A stretch of 64,000 nt of DNA, taken from contig AP026149.1 in assembly GCA_030295235.1 (NCBI GenBank), forward strand, positions 186,001-250,000. Reading direction: 5' to 3'. How positions within the stretch are numbered: position 1 is the first letter of the stretch; every line of letters begins with the position of its first letter. A program made the position numbers and the translations under genes. Below the pieces are notes generated by a model, which searched no databases, was not told the DNA's origin, and saw only the letters and a list, made by a program, of their open reading frames with translations. This DNA is from Fistulifera solaris (Eukaryota). This document shows, piece after piece, positions 60,559 through 64,000 of the stretch.

Positions 60559-61177
60559 ATGATTCCTTTGGCATTTTGGATTGCCTTACTGCTACTCGTC
60601 GATCGTACGGAAGCCTTCCCTTTAGGAAAGACAACAACGCGAGGCGTTGCTTTGTGGATGGTCTTTACGATCGACCGCTTCCACCGCGACCTCCTCCTCC
60701 TTTAAATAATGATGATGACGAAGACGAAGACGAAGAAGACATTATTGTGGCTGTTTCTAGCCCATTGTTTCAATTCAATGTCGTGGGTCAAGAAGTCAAC
60801 AACTTATTGCCTCCCTTACGGCGACCGCTCGATAAGGGCATTCCTTGTTATTTTGAACCAGACGACCAGATAGTTCAAAATTTAATCGACAAGACATCTT
60901 GTGCGGTGGAAGATGCGTGTTGGGCCTTGGAAGCGTGTCAAGGAGATTTGACGGAAGCCTGGACGCGCATCTCGGTCGCCCGACGGAATCAATTGAATCA
61001 AAAGGAACGCATCGAAAATGTCGAAACCGAATTTCAAAATAGAAAAGAAGCACGTTTGGAAAAGAACAAACACGACAGCGTCTCGAACGAATGAAACAAC
61101 GCACGAAACCCGATACGCCGTGGTTGCCCATCTCCAATCCGAAACCGATCGATGATGAGCCCTGGTTTACGGGATGA
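60559..61177 (+). CDS. Putative plastid protein with UBA-like (EF-Ts N-terminal-type) helical domain; indels at ~60660 and ~61065
   Basis: Signal MIPLAFWIALLLLVDRTEA|F; VQNLIDKTSCAVEDACWALEACQGDLTEAW; ends ...DDEPWFTG*. Confidence 0.6.
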
Positions 61178-61242
61178 AATTACGAATAATAATCGCTAGG
61201 TATTCAGATTTTATCCGGTCCATGAAATATATATCACTCAAC

Positions 61243-62504
61243 TCAGTACACTTCCACATGCCACTGATGATTGGCTTGCCATTCTTTCAATTTGGTCGAC
61301 CAATCGATTCCTTGGCGTGTCGCGACTTGTTCCAAGGCGGTCAAAATACCCGGCATCATACCCTTGAGTCCACAAAAATAAATTACGGCACCGTGATCTA
61401 ATTTGGAAAACAATTCATCGGCCCGGGCCGCCAAAACATCTTGAACGTACAATTTTCCGCCTTGAGCATTTTTCATTTCCCGACTAATGGCGTACGTGAC
61501 TTCGAGATCGGCCACACTCCCTTGTTGTTGGCGCGCCTGTTGATTGTTTTGTTGCATGGCTTGCAATTCTTCTTGGTACAATAATCCACTACGTACCGGC
61601 ACTCCCAAAATGAGCCACGCTTTGGCATTGAACAAATGACGACTGACGGTATTTTCCATAAACAATCGATGCAAAAAGCCACGGAATGGTGCAATCCCCG
61701 TCCCCGTCGCCACCATGATGATATCTTTCGAGGGATCTTCTGGCAATAACATGGTCTTTCCAACGGGTCCGGCGACTTGTACCACGTCACCTACTTGTGT
61801 GTTGCACAAAAAGTTACTGCAAACACCTTGTTTCTCGGGATCGGCCACACCCGTGATGGGATCATAATATTCAGCCCGTCGGACACACAACGACACGGTC
61901 CGACCATCCAACAAATCACCGTATCTCGTACTGGCAATACTGTACAATCGTGGTTTGTGTGGTTTGCCGGTCGTAGTGTCCAAACCGGGCGGAATCACCG
62001 ACAGCGATTGTCCTTCGACGTAATGTCCAAAGGCGGCCGGCAGTTGCAATACAATGTGTTGAATGTCCCCGGAGCATCATCACCAATCAATCGAGCACGT
62101 CCCAACACTTGTGCTGGCAAAGGTTCTTTCGGTTTAACAGTGTTACTCGGTAAACCAATGTCTTCGAGCCAATGTTGCGCATCGTCGAGAACTGACGGTG
62201 GTGATGATGGTAGTAGTTCGGGCACGGTGGCCAAATAAGAATCATAATAATATTGATATTGGGCGCCCTGCGACAAACGACTGTCCAACGATCCCGTGCC
62301 ACTGCATTTACCTTCCAATTCCGGATCAAAGAGTTGACGATTGCCCGTAGGAACCAAGGCAATACCGGCACCCGCTTGGCGGACACGGTCGTCCGACACG
62401 GCCATGCGATGTGTCGTCACACGTTGAAGAGACGGTTGTACATGAAAGGCAACGACGCTGGGCAATCCTAGACACAAAAGAAGAAGAGTGAATGTCAATT
62501 TCAT
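61243..62504 (-). CDS. petH: Ferredoxin-NADP+ reductase (plastid-type FNR) with N-terminal extension; one indel at ~62068
   Basis: EGQSLSVIPPG, PRLYSIAS, GVCSNFLC, MVATGTGIAPFRGF, YVQD, YFCGLKGM, C-terminal WHVEVY; signal peptide VVA|FH. Confidence 0.95.
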
Positions 62505-63352
62505 GGTGTAAGATGTATTGATGCTGCAAATTCTACGGCTGCGGAGTTTCGTTGTGATGAAAGATCTTCGTGGTTATTATTATTATTATTTGATGGATGG
62601 GGGGAGGAGGAACGCTTTTTGTTTGGTTCTCCTTCCTTTCGACTCTAAGTCCAAAAAGTACAGAGACATCTGGTCTCGGTCGATGATGATCTGCGACGCG
62701 CGGAACACGGATGGAAGGAAAAACTGCCAACTGGTCTGAAAGCTTGAAAGACCATGATCTCTACTTAGTGGAGAGGACGGGTGCAATACACAAACGTAGC
62801 TATGAAAAAGTACAACAAGAGTAAAACAATGGTGTAGAACGAATGAATGAACGTTGTAAGATTGAATGCAGTTTGGCTGGGAGTTCAATGTGATTCATGA
62901 CTGAAATGCCGTCGTGGCGAAGTTGCGCCAACACTTTGGGTCTATAGTAAATTGAAAAGACAACTGCAACGTGTGAGAAACAATGACGGAGTACCTGGTA
63001 CCTTTACCGAGTTTTGCCAAACGAACCATAGCAGTCTGCCTCGGGAACATCATGATTCATTCATGACTGTCATGCCAAATTCCGACGATAAATTGCCAGG
63101 CAACGATCCGTACCTGGTAGGCATTGGTGACTTTTGACATCGTGATTCCAAAAGTGCCTTGCACATGCTGCTAGAGAGATAATTGGATCTTGATTCAGGC
63201 ACTTTTAGCGTACTCTCGAATGGACGTGATATTGATTCATTGGATTGGAATGCCCAAACGGAAAGGGGACTCTGGCGCTACATAGCATTCCCTGTTTAGA
63301 AACTAAAATAATTATGTATCTTGTTTGTTTCCATTACGCATCACACTACGAA

Positions 63353-64000
63353 TTAATGATGCTTGTTACCACTTTCACCCAAGGCCGCTTCCATATCTTT
63401 AATCAACTGTTCGGCCGATTTGGGCAACACCACGACACCCGTTGAAGCGATGTTGTGAAAGTTTTGCCAATACATCCACTTGAAGACACCGACCTTGAGA
63501 ATGTCTTGAAGGAAAAAGAACAACAACGAATAGATCCAAACAAAGCCAAACAATTCCATGTCATTGACCAAACCATTGACGGGGATTTCTTCAATCTCGC
63601 CTTCCTTCCACACAATCGATAAAAGCGAAGAGATAAAGAGTGCAAAGGCACCACCGGCCAGCAACATGGGACCGGGTGCGACCTCGTAGAAAAATCTGGT
63701 TCCGGTACGAGCACTGAACAATGTCAAAAAATCCGACACGGAAATTTTCAAATACATGGCCAAAATCATTTGACCGTATTCGACACCTTGGAAACCAATC
63801 TTTTGGAAGAAACCGTCTTCGTTCCAACTGTCCAAGAGAATGTGCAACAGCAAAAGCGAAGAGAAGCATGATACCACACCGAGCGTGGTACTGGTCACAA
63901 AAAGAGCTGGCAGATTCCAGATGCACGGGGTGGCTCGGGCTTCAGCGTGATCGTACGCAATTGTAATCAAGGTTCCGTCATTAAGCAATGTGATTAACAT
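63353..64000 (-). CDS. P3A-type plasma-membrane H+-ATPase, 3' part (truncated by window end)
   Basis: LITLLNDGTLITIAYD, MYLKISVSDFLTLFSART, FFLQDILKV. Confidence 0.92.
   Translation of the reverse strand: MLITLLNDGTLITIAYDHAEARATPCIWNLPALFVTSTTLGVVSCFSSLLLLHILLDSWNEDGFFQKIGFQGVEYGQMILAMYLKISVSDFLTLFSARTGTRFFYEVAPGPMLLAGGAFALFISSLLSIVWKEGEIEEIPVNGLVNDMELFGFVWIYSLLFFFLQDILKVGVFKWMYWQNFHNIASTGVVVLPKSAEQLIKDMEAALGESGNKHH

Overview
Gene-dense eukaryotic nuclear DNA: about 30 genes in 64 kb, short GT-AG introns, and several bipartite plastid-targeting presequences. This points to a pennate diatom, most likely Fistulifera (inference, partly from a recognisable lineage-expanded gene family at ~37.5-39 kb). 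Housekeeping and metabolic genes: CTL/SLC44 transporter, formate-THF ligase, DUF3611, PWI protein, ELF1, mitochondrial carrier, LRR protein, TLDc protein, GT61-like protein, COG4, PDH E1-alpha, RbgA GTPase, SPX-GDPD, Kelch, ARM, 5-oxoprolinase, SulP-STAS-cNMP, FNR and a P3A H+-ATPase. There are two tandem gene duplications (PhoX-type phosphatases; X-family DNA polymerases), an internally deleted Ty1/copia element sitting in a ~210-bp duplicated segment, and a PIF/Harbinger-type MITE. Many genes carry single-base indels in homopolymers, most likely assembly errors. The most intriguing observations are: (1) the duplicated PolX enzymes, which have a ~42-aa Loop1, no lyase Lys, and an unrecognised Cys4-containing N-terminal domain; (2) intergenic tracts packed with unrelated 6-7-bp tandem duplications; (3) an RT-only, TSD-less LTR element; (4) a recurrent intergenic palindrome TACCWGGTA. 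All calls come from reading the sequence; no database searches were run.
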